Numbered from the stretch's first letter, positions 10,565-20,768 are shown. The stretch: DNA of 46,925 nt from Promethearchaeota archaeon (GCA_018238625.1 JABCSY010000020.1:1-46925), one strand, 5' to 3'. Notes: generated from the letters alone by a model not told the origin. Made by a program: numbers and translations.

Positions 10565-11272
10565 TTACGACCTCCTTTTAATAAATTCTATCATCGAATC
10601 AAAAAACAACTTACCATGCGTCGTACCTTTAGGGGCTAATATTGCTTCTGATGCGCGTTCTGGATGCGGCATTAATCCCAAACAATTTCCTTCCAAATTC
10701 CTGATTCCTGCGATATTTTCCATAGATCCATTAGGATTTGCATTTTGAGTATATTTACCATTTTCATCTGAATATTTAAACACTATTTGCTCGTTTTCTT
10801 CCAATTCTTTTAAGTTGTCAGCAAAATATCTTCCTTCTCCATGAGCGACAGGGATAGCAAGCACATCACCGTTTTTCATTTTGTGTGTAAAGGGTGTTTT
10901 GTTATTTTCTACTCTTATATTTATCCATTTACAAACGAATTTCAAAGAGTCGTTTTGTAAGAGAGCGCCAGGAAGAAATTCAGCTTCAGTTAAGATTTGG
11001 AAACCGTTGCATATGCCAAGAATGGGTCTACCGTCCTTCAACATGATGCGGGCTTCATCTAACGCGGGACTATGGGCTGCAATTATGCCAGCTCTTAAAT
11101 AATCTCCAAATGAGAACCCTCCTGGAAGAATAACGCCATCAAACTCAGCTTCTTTAAAGTGATTATGCCAAACTAAGCTGGTTTCAATTCCAATAACATT
11201 ATTCAAAACATGCATTGCGTCTAAATCGCAATTTGCTCCTGGAAACTGAACAACAGCAATCTTAATAGTCAT
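10565..11272 (-). CDS. purQ: FGAM synthase glutaminase subunit PurQ
   Basis: PGGFSFGDYLRAG, GICNGFQ, AHGEG, MPHPER. Confidence 0.98.
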   Translation of the reverse strand: MTIKIAVVQFPGANCDLDAMHVLNNVIGIETSLVWHNHFKEAEFDGVILPGGFSFGDYLRAGIIAAHSPALDEARIMLKDGRPILGICNGFQILTEAEFLPGALLQNDSLKFVCKWINIRVENNKTPFTHKMKNGDVLAIPVAHGEGRYFADNLKELEENEQIVFKYSDENGKYTQNANPNGSMENIAGIRNLEGNCLGLMPHPERASEAILAPKGTTHGKLFFDSMIEFIKRRS

Positions 11273-11538
11273 AATTTCTTCACGTTTATGATATTTAAGT
11301 TCTGTGTGACTGGATTAAATATTCTTAAGTCGTTACACATGTTTGTAACAATTTCCTTGGCATCTTCTTCACTGCTTGCTAGCAAAACGATTCTTAAATA
11401 TTGACCCGAACGAACTTTGGATACTTGGTCATACCCCTTTTTTGCGAGCAAATCTCTTTTTATGGTCTCCGCTACGGGATCGCGAGCAGCAGGCTTGTTC
11501 TCCAACGAGATTTCTATTTCAAATTCTGATTGAGCCAT
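11269..11538 (-). CDS. purS: FGAM synthase subunit PurS
   Basis: DP and NPV motifs, size, 4-bp overlap with purQ. Confidence 0.93.
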   Translation of the reverse strand: MAQSEFEIEISLENKPAARDPVAETIKRDLLAKKGYDQVSKVRSGQYLRIVLLASSEEDAKEIVTNMCNDLRIFNPVTQNLNIINVKKL

Positions 11539-11671
11539 TTTTAAAAATAAGGTGTGTAATAATTTTAATAGTTCTTATTAATTTATAAATAATTTTTATC
11601 AATAAAATGCGACAAAAATGAATTATTTTTTAGCTATTAAAACTTAAAGCACCTAAATTAAATTTAATCTA

Positions 11672-11872
11672 TTATCCTTGCATAAAGCTAACAAAAACCA
11701 AGAGTAATAACGCAAAAAGATTGAATAGAAAACTGTATTTACCGAGTTTTGGCAGCTTTTTGTCCATAACTCTGTTTTCATTTCTTTTTGTAGAAGTTAG
11801 ATCGATAATCAGCGTAACAAAGGCAGCCATAAACAATGCAAATACACTAATCAATAAAATAAAAATAAACAT
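11672..11872 (-). CDS. Small two-TM membrane protein
   Basis: Two hydrophobic helices separated by a basic loop. Confidence 0.5.
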   Translation of the reverse strand: MFIFILLISVFALFMAAFVTLIIDLTSTKRNENRVMDKKLPKLGKYSFLFNLFALLLLVFVSFMQG

Positions 11873-12283
11873 GATAAAAAAATTACTATTAAATCTTATT
11901 TAAATCTTTTCCTAATTTAATGTAATCCAATAAAATAAGGGTTATTCTCTAATAAAAATCTATCTTTATTCAGAATAATTATTAATTCCTCTTGACTTAT
12001 TTTATTATTCGTTTAAAAAAAACTAAAAAAATGTGTTTAGATTGGTTTTTTTGTAGACTTTAACTCGAGGTTTGTATTGGTCGTGAAAGTAAATGGTTTG
12101 AGGGGCGTACTTCCTGCCCGCTAAGACTTTTACTGCCTCTTTCTTCCTATAGTTATAATACTGCTAAATGTTATTAAATCTATTAGTTTCGCAATACAAA
12201 TTATGAAATCTTTTACAATTTGAACTTTCTTTGTGATCAATTCATCTTTGTTTTAAATCTTCTTGTATTTTAGCGGGAATAAG

Positions 12284-13261
12284 TTATAAATAATTTGCTT
12301 TCTTCAAATTGTTAGCTATTCTCTCTACCACATCGACGACTTCAGCTTTAAATTCTAATCCTGTAATCTTTTGATAGCTTTTCATGTATCTTTTTGCTAG
12401 CTCAATTTTAATCTCTGAGGAGATTGGGGGTATATCTTGATCTGGCTTAATATTTGGGAATATATTGGGGTAAGTCTCCATCAACCAACCCCTAAACACC
12501 TCTTTATCTAATATTTCAGGTTCTTCATCGTTTTCAAATCTTTTCTCGTAACTCTCTAACATCCAAAATCTTGACGAATCTTGAGTGTGTATTTCGTCGA
12601 TTAATAGTAATTCTCCATCTTTCAAGCCAAATTCGTATTTCGTATCCACTAATATAAGTCCGTTTTTGTTGCAGTAATCTTGGCCAAATTTAAACAATTT
12701 AACAGAAGCTTCTTCCATTTGTAAAAATATGTCTTTATCAACTATCTTATCTTCTAAGATTGTATCTCTTGAGATATATATATCATGACCACTCTCCGCT
12801 TTAGTGGAAGGAGTTAAAATAACATCGTCTAGCTTTTGATTTTTTTTTAAACCGCTCGGTAAAACAATTCCTGAAGTCATCTCCCCTTTAGTATAACTGC
12901 GCCACGCGGTTCCAGTTATATATGCTCTTACAATCATTTCTACTGGAATCATTTCACACTGATGAACCACAGCAACATTAGGATCTGGAATCTCTATTAT
13001 ATGGTTTTTTACTAGGTTTTTAGTTTTTTCGAACCAGAAAGATGATACTTGATTTAGCATTTGACCTTTAAACGGAATTGTAGTAATCACGCGATCAAAA
13101 GCGGATAACCGATCTGTAGCAATAATAATTCTAGTATCGCCTTTTATGTAATTATCTCGCACTTTTCCCTTATACAATTCCCCTAAAGATGAAAAATTAG
13201 TTCCATCTAAGGTTTTATCGAATTGAATTTTAATTATATCATCTAATTTGTCATTTACCAT
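12284..13261 (-). CDS. purC: SAICAR synthetase (long form)
   Basis: GKVRD, TDRLSAFD, PSTKAE, DTKYEFG, DEIHTQDSSRFW. Confidence 0.97.
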   Translation of the reverse strand: MVNDKLDDIIKIQFDKTLDGTNFSSLGELYKGKVRDNYIKGDTRIIIATDRLSAFDRVITTIPFKGQMLNQVSSFWFEKTKNLVKNHIIEIPDPNVAVVHQCEMIPVEMIVRAYITGTAWRSYTKGEMTSGIVLPSGLKKNQKLDDVILTPSTKAESGHDIYISRDTILEDKIVDKDIFLQMEEASVKLFKFGQDYCNKNGLILVDTKYEFGLKDGELLLIDEIHTQDSSRFWMLESYEKRFENDEEPEILDKEVFRGWLMETYPNIFPNIKPDQDIPPISSEIKIELAKRYMKSYQKITGLEFKAEVVDVVERIANNLKKANYL

Positions 13262-13340
13262 GTTTATAATTAAGGTAAAAAAGCATAAAAATTTTATATT
13301 GAAATTATTAACGCAAAAATAATTAGAAATAATAAAACCT

Positions 13341-13709
13341 TCATAGTTTTCGGTAAGAACCGTTGTTAAATTCGTCTGTTGAGTATTTATTTCTATTTTT
13401 CTCCATTTTTTTGATAAAGATATCAGTTAGATCTACATCTACGCTATTTGCAAGGCTAATTAAATATATAAACACGTCTGCAATCTCATCAGAGAGCCTT
13501 TCTAATATTTCCTTATTCTTACGAATAGTTTCAAGCGAATAATCTTTAAACAAAAAAATTTCGGATAATTCTGCAACTTCAATATTAAGTGCTTGAATTA
13601 AATTTTTAGGAGTATGAAATTTGGCCCAGTTGCGTTCTCTAACAAATTCTCGCACTTCTTCTTTAAAAAAAGAAATTGTAGTATTATCATCTTTAACAAT
13701 TGGATTCAT
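13341..13709 (-). CDS. MazG-like nucleotide pyrophosphohydrolase (dCTP pyrophosphatase type)
   Basis: ERNWAKFHTPKNL, EVAEL, DEIADV, KMEKNRNKY. Confidence 0.9.
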   Translation of the reverse strand: MNPIVKDDNTTISFFKEEVREFVRERNWAKFHTPKNLIQALNIEVAELSEIFLFKDYSLETIRKNKEILERLSDEIADVFIYLISLANSVDVDLTDIFIKKMEKNRNKYSTDEFNNGSYRKL

Positions 13710-13755
13710 AATTATGTGAACACCAAGAAATTGGAATATAATTAAGATATTATTA

Positions 13756-14589
13756 TTAGAGTTTTTTAATAAATTCTTGTAAAATTTTATTAATTACATC
13801 TTTACGTTGAGCTGGGGCAAAATGCCCTGCTATATCAATAATTTCAAGTTGAGAATTTGGAATCATTTTATGGAGTTCTTCCGACATTTGTTCTGGAGCA
13901 AAATTATCTAATCTACCACCAATAATCAGCGTGGGGCATTTAATACCAGAAGGGTCGTATTCATTAATCTCATTTATCATACTAAAAATCTGATCTTCAA
14001 TTAGCATATATAATTCGTCTTTCGTCATTCTCGTTCCATTTAAAGAGTCAGCTAAGGAAGTTAAAATATATGGTATTATTTTATCTAAAATTTCCTCTAC
14101 AGAATTTGCAACCACCTCTAAAAAATTCATGCGGATAAAATATGGAAGTAGGTTGTAAAAAATATTTCTAACTACATTATCAATCATTATGTATCCTGAA
14201 TTTAACAAAACTAAGAACTCTACATCATCAGGATATTTCATACAAACTAATTGTCCGATCATACCTCCAACAAGAGAATGACCAATAATTCCATATTTTT
14301 CATCTACGCCTAAATTTTCCAATAAATCCTCAAGATCTCTTATGATAGCGTGCCTTAAATTCTTAGAAAGGTTTAATTCGACAGGATGATCGCTCCTCCC
14401 ATGCCCTAACGCATCAAAAGCTATGATACGGTAGTTATCTCTTAACATTTGTATTTGCCCTTTAAAAAATGAAGCTGAGGAGGCGAAACCATGGAGTAAA
14501 ATGATTGTACCTTCGTTTTTATCCTTAAATTCGCCGTTGATATCTTCGTAATACAAATTATAACCTTCTTGGTTTTTAAAGAAGGGCAT
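13756..14589 (-). CDS. Alpha/beta hydrolase
   Basis: LLHGF, DALGHGRS, GHSLVGG nucleophile elbow, C-terminal AGH. Confidence 0.9.
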   Translation of the reverse strand: MPFFKNQEGYNLYYEDINGEFKDKNEGTIILLHGFASSASFFKGQIQMLRDNYRIIAFDALGHGRSDHPVELNLSKNLRHAIIRDLEDLLENLGVDEKYGIIGHSLVGGMIGQLVCMKYPDDVEFLVLLNSGYIMIDNVVRNIFYNLLPYFIRMNFLEVVANSVEEILDKIIPYILTSLADSLNGTRMTKDELYMLIEDQIFSMINEINEYDPSGIKCPTLIIGGRLDNFAPEQMSEELHKMIPNSQLEIIDIAGHFAPAQRKDVINKILQEFIKKL

Positions 14590-14779
14590 GGTATCAAAAT
14601 TTTATTTATTGGGTTTAATTTTGTAAATTAAAGTACAAACAAATACTTTTCTAAAATGAAAATCATTTAAATTTAGAAGGTTCTTCTGAAAAATTTAAAG
14701 AACTACTAATCTGAAAAACGAAATTTAGTGAATTCTTTTCATATATATTAGCTTTACTTAAAAATAGAGAAGAAAAAAA

Positions 14780-16237
14780 TTATAAGTTTTTTGTTATTCG
14801 TTTTTTTTCATTAGTTTCAAGTAGAGCGGTCATGAATATTCTACTTAATTTTTTGTAAATTTTTGAATTTTCTTTGTTTGGGTTTTTAACGTCAGTAAAT
14901 CTTACCATTTTTTCAATTGCATCTTCGATACTGTTATATTTACCAAGTCCATAGAAACCTAGAATTGCAGCTCCTAAAGCAGCACCATCTTTAATTTCTG
15001 GAATCATTACCTTCTTGATCATAACATCTGCAACCATTTGTGCCCAAAAATCGCTATTCATACCGCCTCCATCTACTTTTAACTCATCTATTCTAACTTT
15101 TCCCATACCTTCTAATATATTTAGGTACATCTGAGCACTCAAAACAGCAGACTCCATTATGGCTCTAATCATATGACCTCTTGTGTGATTTAAACTTAAT
15201 CCATGAATTGTCCCTTTTCTGAATATATACAATGGAATAAATAGTAAACCTGCGCTTCCGGGACTAATCAGTTCCGCTTCTTTTGTTAAAATATCGTAAA
15301 TATTTCTATTTAATTCTTCAGATTCTTTAACTTGAAGTTGTGAGAAATTGTCTTTAAACCATTTGAAAGCCGTCCCAGTTCCCGGCATGGTGCCTTCAAT
15401 AATCCACTTTCCCTTAATAACATGTGGTAAGGCGAAAATTGGTATATCCCCAGCAGGTTTCATAGGGCCATCAACAATTAAATCCACAAATGTCCCCGTC
15501 CCAAAGGTCACTTTTGCTTGTCCTTTATTAATTACTCCCAAACTTAATGCAGCACATTGTTGATCTCCGCCTCCCATTATGATTGGTATATTTGGATTTA
15601 AACCTAGACTTTTTGCAGCTTCATCTGTTAACTTACCAATTGTTTCACCAGGAGTATGAAGTTCAGGCCATAAGTTTAGTGGTATATCGTATAGATCAGC
15701 AAGACCAGCGTCCCATTGCAGTGTATCCATATTTAAGATACCATATATTCCATTCGTGGGGTCAGTAACGCACGCATTACATAATTTCATGTAAATATAT
15801 GAATCTGTGGAAATAATTTTAAAAGTTTTATTATATAATTCAGATTCATTATTTTTCAGCCAGAGTATTTTTGGAATCGTTCTCCGTCCTTCTTCTGCGA
15901 TTCCTTCAAAATTAGTTTCTTCTCTTTCGTCCATCCATGTAAGTGCAGGATGCAATACTTCACCATTTATATCAATGATAGTCGTAGTTGCCCTTTGAAA
16001 GGTTGCTGAAATTCCAATTATGTCATTTGGGTTTATTACTCCACTTTTTATAATTTTATTACAAGTACTTTTGACTGCATTCCACCATATTATTGGGTCC
16101 TGCTCTGAGATTCCAATTGGTTGTTCTACAGCGGGATACTCTTCATAAGCCCGAGCTATTTCTTTCCCGTTTGTATCGAAAATCATTGTTCTTGTACCTG
16201 TTGTTCCAACATCAAAAACACATATTAAATCGCTCAT
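14780..16237 (-). CDS. FGGY-family carbohydrate kinase (xylulokinase-like)
   Basis: DVGTTGTR, EQDP, GGGDQQ, GTGT, DGGG motifs. Confidence 0.9.
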   Translation of the reverse strand: MSDLICVFDVGTTGTRTMIFDTNGKEIARAYEEYPAVEQPIGISEQDPIIWWNAVKSTCNKIIKSGVINPNDIIGISATFQRATTTIIDINGEVLHPALTWMDEREETNFEGIAEEGRRTIPKILWLKNNESELYNKTFKIISTDSYIYMKLCNACVTDPTNGIYGILNMDTLQWDAGLADLYDIPLNLWPELHTPGETIGKLTDEAAKSLGLNPNIPIIMGGGDQQCAALSLGVINKGQAKVTFGTGTFVDLIVDGPMKPAGDIPIFALPHVIKGKWIIEGTMPGTGTAFKWFKDNFSQLQVKESEELNRNIYDILTKEAELISPGSAGLLFIPLYIFRKGTIHGLSLNHTRGHMIRAIMESAVLSAQMYLNILEGMGKVRIDELKVDGGGMNSDFWAQMVADVMIKKVMIPEIKDGAALGAAILGFYGLGKYNSIEDAIEKMVRFTDVKNPNKENSKIYKKLSRIFMTALLETNEKKRITKNL

Positions 16238-16292
16238 TTAATCACTTTAAAAATATATTTTAAATAAATTAATTAAAAATAACTTTTTCATA

Positions 16293-16411
16293 CTAAAGTA
16301 CTTTATTTAATAATTCAGACACGTTTACTATTTTAATCTTTTCTTTTTCATCTTCTTTAACTCCATAAGCCAAGCCTAATTCGCATATTGGACTTCGGAA
16401 ATAAAAAATTC
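16293..16411 (-). pseudogene. 3'-end remnant of a paralog of the Fe-S oxidoreductase at 18015..19289
   Basis: Translates ...PICELGLAYGVKEDEKEKIKIVNVSELLNKVL* versus ...PLCELGLAYGLKEDEKEKIKIMDVSELLFSVL* in the intact gene. Confidence 0.85.
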
Positions 16412-16434
16412 TAAAAAAATAAAAATGAAAAAAA

Positions 16435-18000
16435 TTAATAGTTTCGATAATTTAAAGACCGTTTAATAATATCATTCCAATAAGAAGCCTTGATTTTGCG
16501 TTCTTGCTCGTTAATTTGAGGTTTATATATGTTTTCTATCTTTCTGATAGACATTAATTCTTCTTTTGAATTCCAAAAACCTGTAACCAACCCTGCCATA
16601 AAGGTTACTCCCAATGCCGTTGTTTCAGGGTTTTGTGAATGTTCAACCTCAGTTCCTAATATGTCGCATAAGAATTGAAGAAAAAATTTATTTTTTGAAA
16701 CTCCGCCATCTACTTTTATTTTTTCGACTGAAATATTAATATCAGCTATAATGCCTTCAACAATATCTTTAATTCTATAACTAATTCCTTCTAACACCGC
16801 CCTAACAATATGCTCCTTTTTTGTATCAAGACTTATTCCAAAAATATTACCCTTTGCTGTGTGATCCCAATAAGGGTAAGATATTCCACTCGAGAAGGTT
16901 GGTAGAAAATAGACTCCGTTGGTGGAATTTACACTTAATGCCATCGATTCCGTTTCAGAAGGATCTTTATATAAACCTAATTCCTTCTGGATCCAATCAA
17001 TAATGTTCCCAGTATTGTGACTTACCCCCTCAAGTAAATAAGTAGTTTCTCCATTTAAACGCCATGCTATTAGTGGATATAATTTCCTTTTTGAGGCTTT
17101 AGGTTCATTTCCAGTATTAATGTCAATAAAGGATCCAGTACCATTTGTAATTTTCATATCTCCATATGAAAAACAACATTGACCAAATAGAGATGCTTGT
17201 TGGTCGGCTTGAACAGCAGTAATCTTAATTATACCACTACCAAAGAGAGTTGTGCTTCCAAAATCATCCCCTGTTTCTTTTATTTCAGGCAAAATGTGTT
17301 TTGGAATTTTAAATGCTTTTAAAACTATCGAATTCCATTTTAAAGTAAAAGGATCTAATAAACCTGTAGTGGAGATATTAGAATAATCCGTAGCGTGAAC
17401 TTCTCCTCCCGTCAAATTCCATAATATCCAAGAATCAATAGTACCCCAAATTATATTTGAACTTGGATCTTGCACTTCTTTATTAATTTCTGGGTTATTT
17501 TTTAAGTAAAAGCCCGTTCTTACCGAAGCATGATCTGTGTTGAATTTTAACATTGAACCAGTTAGCATTTTAGTCTTTCTTGTGAGAAAAAAACCTATTT
17601 TAGCTATAAATCTTACCATTTTCATCGAAAAAGAGTTTGTTATTTTCTCTGCATAAGATGCCGACCTAACGTCTTGCCATCCTATGATATTTGAATATGT
17701 TTTTCCAGTTTTTTTATCCCAAAATAGAAAAGAGGCTCTCTGAGTTGAAATTCCAATTGCTTCAATATTTTCAGCACTAAGATTATTATCATTTACAATC
17801 TTGTCCATAACTTGCCTACTAAACTCCCAAATTTCAGCAGGATCTTGTTCCACCTTTCCAGTCCCATCTAAAATATAAGATGGTTTTCTCTTTGCCTCAG
17901 CAAAAATTTCTCCCTCTTTATTAAAGAGGAACGCTTTTATATTGGTCGTTCCAATATCTAAGGTTAAAATATATTTCCCCATTATTTCAATATTCACCAA
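16435..18000 (-). CDS. Glycerol kinase, resembling the eukaryotic GK5 subfamily
   Basis: DIGTT, STQRASF..WDKKTG, WQDVR plus hydrophobic insert, GTIDSW, ATDYSNISTTGLLDP, ADQQASLFGQCCF, GTGSFIDINTG. True start is likely the ATG of MGKYIL. Confidence 0.88.
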   Translation of the reverse strand: MVNIEIMGKYILTLDIGTTNIKAFLFNKEGEIFAEAKRKPSYILDGTGKVEQDPAEIWEFSRQVMDKIVNDNNLSAENIEAIGISTQRASFLFWDKKTGKTYSNIIGWQDVRSASYAEKITNSFSMKMVRFIAKIGFFLTRKTKMLTGSMLKFNTDHASVRTGFYLKNNPEINKEVQDPSSNIIWGTIDSWILWNLTGGEVHATDYSNISTTGLLDPFTLKWNSIVLKAFKIPKHILPEIKETGDDFGSTTLFGSGIIKITAVQADQQASLFGQCCFSYGDMKITNGTGSFIDINTGNEPKASKRKLYPLIAWRLNGETTYLLEGVSHNTGNIIDWIQKELGLYKDPSETESMALSVNSTNGVYFLPTFSSGISYPYWDHTAKGNIFGISLDTKKEHIVRAVLEGISYRIKDIVEGIIADINISVEKIKVDGGVSKNKFFLQFLCDILGTEVEHSQNPETTALGVTFMAGLVTGFWNSKEELMSIRKIENIYKPQINEQERKIKASYWNDIIKRSLNYRNY

Positions 18001-18014
18001 TTTTTCTGATTAAT

Positions 18015-19289
18015 TCATAATACACTAAACAATAATTCAGATACATCCATAATTTTAATCTTTTCTTTTTCATCTTCTTTAAGGCCATAAGCCAAGCCTA
18101 ATTCACATAATGGACATGCAGAAACAAATATTTCCGCTCCTGTTTCCTTTAACTCATTAACTCTATTAGAAGCCTCTTTAATTGCTAAATCTTTATCGGC
18201 CCAATGAGCTGTACCACTCCAACCACAACAATGTACGTATTCTTTATTATATGTTGTTTCTACCAATTCCAAACCCGGAATCTTACCGAGAATGTCTCTA
18301 ATAGATGAAGTATCGTTCATATTTCTAGCAATAAGACAAGGATCGTGGATCGTTACTTTTTTCAAGTCGTCCGGTATATTTTTTACTGGCTCGATTTTAC
18401 CTTCGTCTAACAATTTTTTGATGTATTTTGCTATGTGAATTATTTTTTTATCGATTTTAATTCCCGCGCTTTCATATCTTTTGGTTAATGTTATAATACA
18501 ACCAGGACAATCTGATACAACAACTTTGGCTCCCGTGGATTCAATTAATTCCTTGTTTTTATTAGCAAATTCTTTGGCTGTTTCAAAATCCCTAATATTA
18601 AATGCTGGACCCCCACAACATACTTTTGTATCGAGATTGGTGGAAAATTTTACTCCTGCTTTTTTTAGAATTTCCATGTTTGCCTTTATTACTTCTGGGA
18701 ACTTCATTGACTCGCAACCAATATAATAATAAACCTCGTCATTACCGTCAGTTTCAATATTTTTAATCCCTTTTTCTTTATAGGTTTCGTAAATGTTGTA
18801 CCCTTCAATTGTGTTTGAGGTTTTTAATTTATCAATTTGTTCCTTACAATAATCAGGCATTAATCCTTTATCGTTTAGATCGTCTCTTACAGTTTCTAAC
18901 AAAGAAACAACTGAAAAATCAAAAGGGCACCAGATTTTACAACTCTCCTCGTTGGAACACATATACATAAGATCAATAAATGCTTTATTTTCTTCCTTTG
19001 TAGGATCTATTTTCCCTATTGACAGATAATATCCAATTCGTGCTTTATAGGCTGGGCTCATAGTTTCAGATTGTGCAGCTTCAAGCATACCACAACTGAA
19101 GCGACACATATTTGGGCAAAGCATACATTTAATTAAATTATCAACATCTGCTTTATATTCTCCTTTAGGGTAAAAGTTCTTCTTTTTTGAACGCATATTT
19201 TTCATTAGAATTGCTTTAATATCCCTATCTGCTTTGCTAAGGAGTGGAAGCATCCATTTATACTTCTTAAATGTTTCAAAAGCACCCAT
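18015..19289 (-). CDS. Fe-S oxidoreductase with two CCG domains (GlpC/GlcF/HdrD-like)
   Basis: CMLCPNMCRFSC, VCCGG, DCPGC, HDPC, HCCG, ACPLC; abuts the upstream gene (TGA-ATG) with an internal GGAGGTG RBS. Confidence 0.9.
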   Translation of the reverse strand: MGAFETFKKYKWMLPLLSKADRDIKAILMKNMRSKKKNFYPKGEYKADVDNLIKCMLCPNMCRFSCGMLEAAQSETMSPAYKARIGYYLSIGKIDPTKEENKAFIDLMYMCSNEESCKIWCPFDFSVVSLLETVRDDLNDKGLMPDYCKEQIDKLKTSNTIEGYNIYETYKEKGIKNIETDGNDEVYYYIGCESMKFPEVIKANMEILKKAGVKFSTNLDTKVCCGGPAFNIRDFETAKEFANKNKELIESTGAKVVVSDCPGCIITLTKRYESAGIKIDKKIIHIAKYIKKLLDEGKIEPVKNIPDDLKKVTIHDPCLIARNMNDTSSIRDILGKIPGLELVETTYNKEYVHCCGWSGTAHWADKDLAIKEASNRVNELKETGAEIFVSACPLCELGLAYGLKEDEKEKIKIMDVSELLFSVL

Positions 19290-20768
19290 TCACTTTTCAC
19301 CTCCCTTCCAAGTATCGATATAAATTTTACCTGGATTTAAAATATTATTAGGATCTAAGAGTTTTTTAATTTCTTTCATAGTTTTCATAGATTCCCCCCA
19401 TTCTTCAGCCATCCAATGAGACCTAGTAATACCTATTCCGTGATGGTGCCCAATGGAACCACCGGAGTCTAAAACTGCTTTTATTGTCGAATTCCAACAA
19501 TTTTGATAAAATTCAAGATCAGATGTACCTTTAGGTGGAACACCTCCAAATGTAAAATAGATGCCAATGCCATTTGGATAAAAGTGTGAAACATGAGCCG
19601 TTATTAATAGATTACCTCTTACCTTGCCCGTTGCTTCTAATACAGAATGATATAACTTTGCTGCGTTCTCCCATAAAGAAGCGACTTCAATAGTATCAAA
19701 GACTAATTTATAAGCAGGCATCGAAGATGTTTCGGTAACTTTAAATCTAGTTTCAAACCAATGTTCTACCGGAGCCTCTCCACAGTCTACACCAAAATTT
19801 TTCTCACATTTTTCTCTTGTGATTATCTCTTCTAAATCAACTAGTTTTTGGTTTCCTTCACAAACGAAAATAACCATTACTTTATCTTTCGCATTTTCAA
19901 CTTCGCCAAAATGCCTATTAGTTTCTGATTGGTCGTAAATTCTGATAACCGCCGGATAAATGTTCTCCCTTAAAATTTCTCTTACAGCTTTAAAAGAGGC
20001 TTCAATTGAAGCAAATGTGTATGATATTAAAGCCCTTTTTTCAGGAATCGGCCATATTTTCAATGTTGCTTGGGTAACTATCCCTAAGGTTCCTTCGCCG
20101 CCTATAAATAATTTATCAAGTCGAGGTCCTGTTGATGCTCCTGCCATAGTTTTGAACTTGATTAGTTCTCCTTGTGGTAAAACTAGTTCCATGCCTAATA
20201 CTATATCATCAATTTTTCCGTATTTGGTTGAAAATTGACCAGCTGCTCTATGAGCAATCCACCCTCCTAGTGAAGAAGTGTAAAGAGATTGTGGTATATG
20301 TCCCGTAGTATATCCTTTAGCCTCCAAAAACCTTTCTAAATTCATTCCATTAATTCCAGCTTGAGCGGTTACCGTTAAATTTTTCTCGTTTATATCCACG
20401 ATCTTGTTAAACTTTTTCATATCAAGAATTATTCCCCCATAAATAGGTATTGCGCCTCCAACAACTCCCGAACCTTCAGCGAATGGAATTACAGGTATCT
20501 TTTCTAGATTTGCTAGTTTTAGAATTTCTGAAATGTGGGTGACATTTTCTGGCCAAGTTATAAAATCAGGTAGACCAGCAATTATTCCTTGTAACGTCCA
20601 ATTATAAGCTATCATCGAAGTGTCTTTTGTATAAGCTAGTATATCCACGTCTTCAGTTGAAACATTTTGCTCTCCAATAATATCAATTAGTTTTAACTTA
20701 ACGTTCGACTTATTCTTAATTTCGGAGCGGTTTTCCTTATATATTAATTCAAAATCTTTAAAATCCAT
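19290..20768 (-). CDS. FAD-linked oxidase (VAO family), alkyl-DHAP synthase/YgcU-like
   Basis: GHIPQSLYTSSLGGW, AGQFSTKYGKIDD, GGEGTLGIVT, AHVSHFY, GHHHGIG, DPNNILNPGK. Confidence 0.88.
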   Translation of the reverse strand: MDFKDFELIYKENRSEIKNKSNVKLKLIDIIGEQNVSTEDVDILAYTKDTSMIAYNWTLQGIIAGLPDFITWPENVTHISEILKLANLEKIPVIPFAEGSGVVGGAIPIYGGIILDMKKFNKIVDINEKNLTVTAQAGINGMNLERFLEAKGYTTGHIPQSLYTSSLGGWIAHRAAGQFSTKYGKIDDIVLGMELVLPQGELIKFKTMAGASTGPRLDKLFIGGEGTLGIVTQATLKIWPIPEKRALISYTFASIEASFKAVREILRENIYPAVIRIYDQSETNRHFGEVENAKDKVMVIFVCEGNQKLVDLEEIITREKCEKNFGVDCGEAPVEHWFETRFKVTETSSMPAYKLVFDTIEVASLWENAAKLYHSVLEATGKVRGNLLITAHVSHFYPNGIGIYFTFGGVPPKGTSDLEFYQNCWNSTIKAVLDSGGSIGHHHGIGITRSHWMAEEWGESMKTMKEIKKLLDPNNILNPGKIYIDTWKGGEK

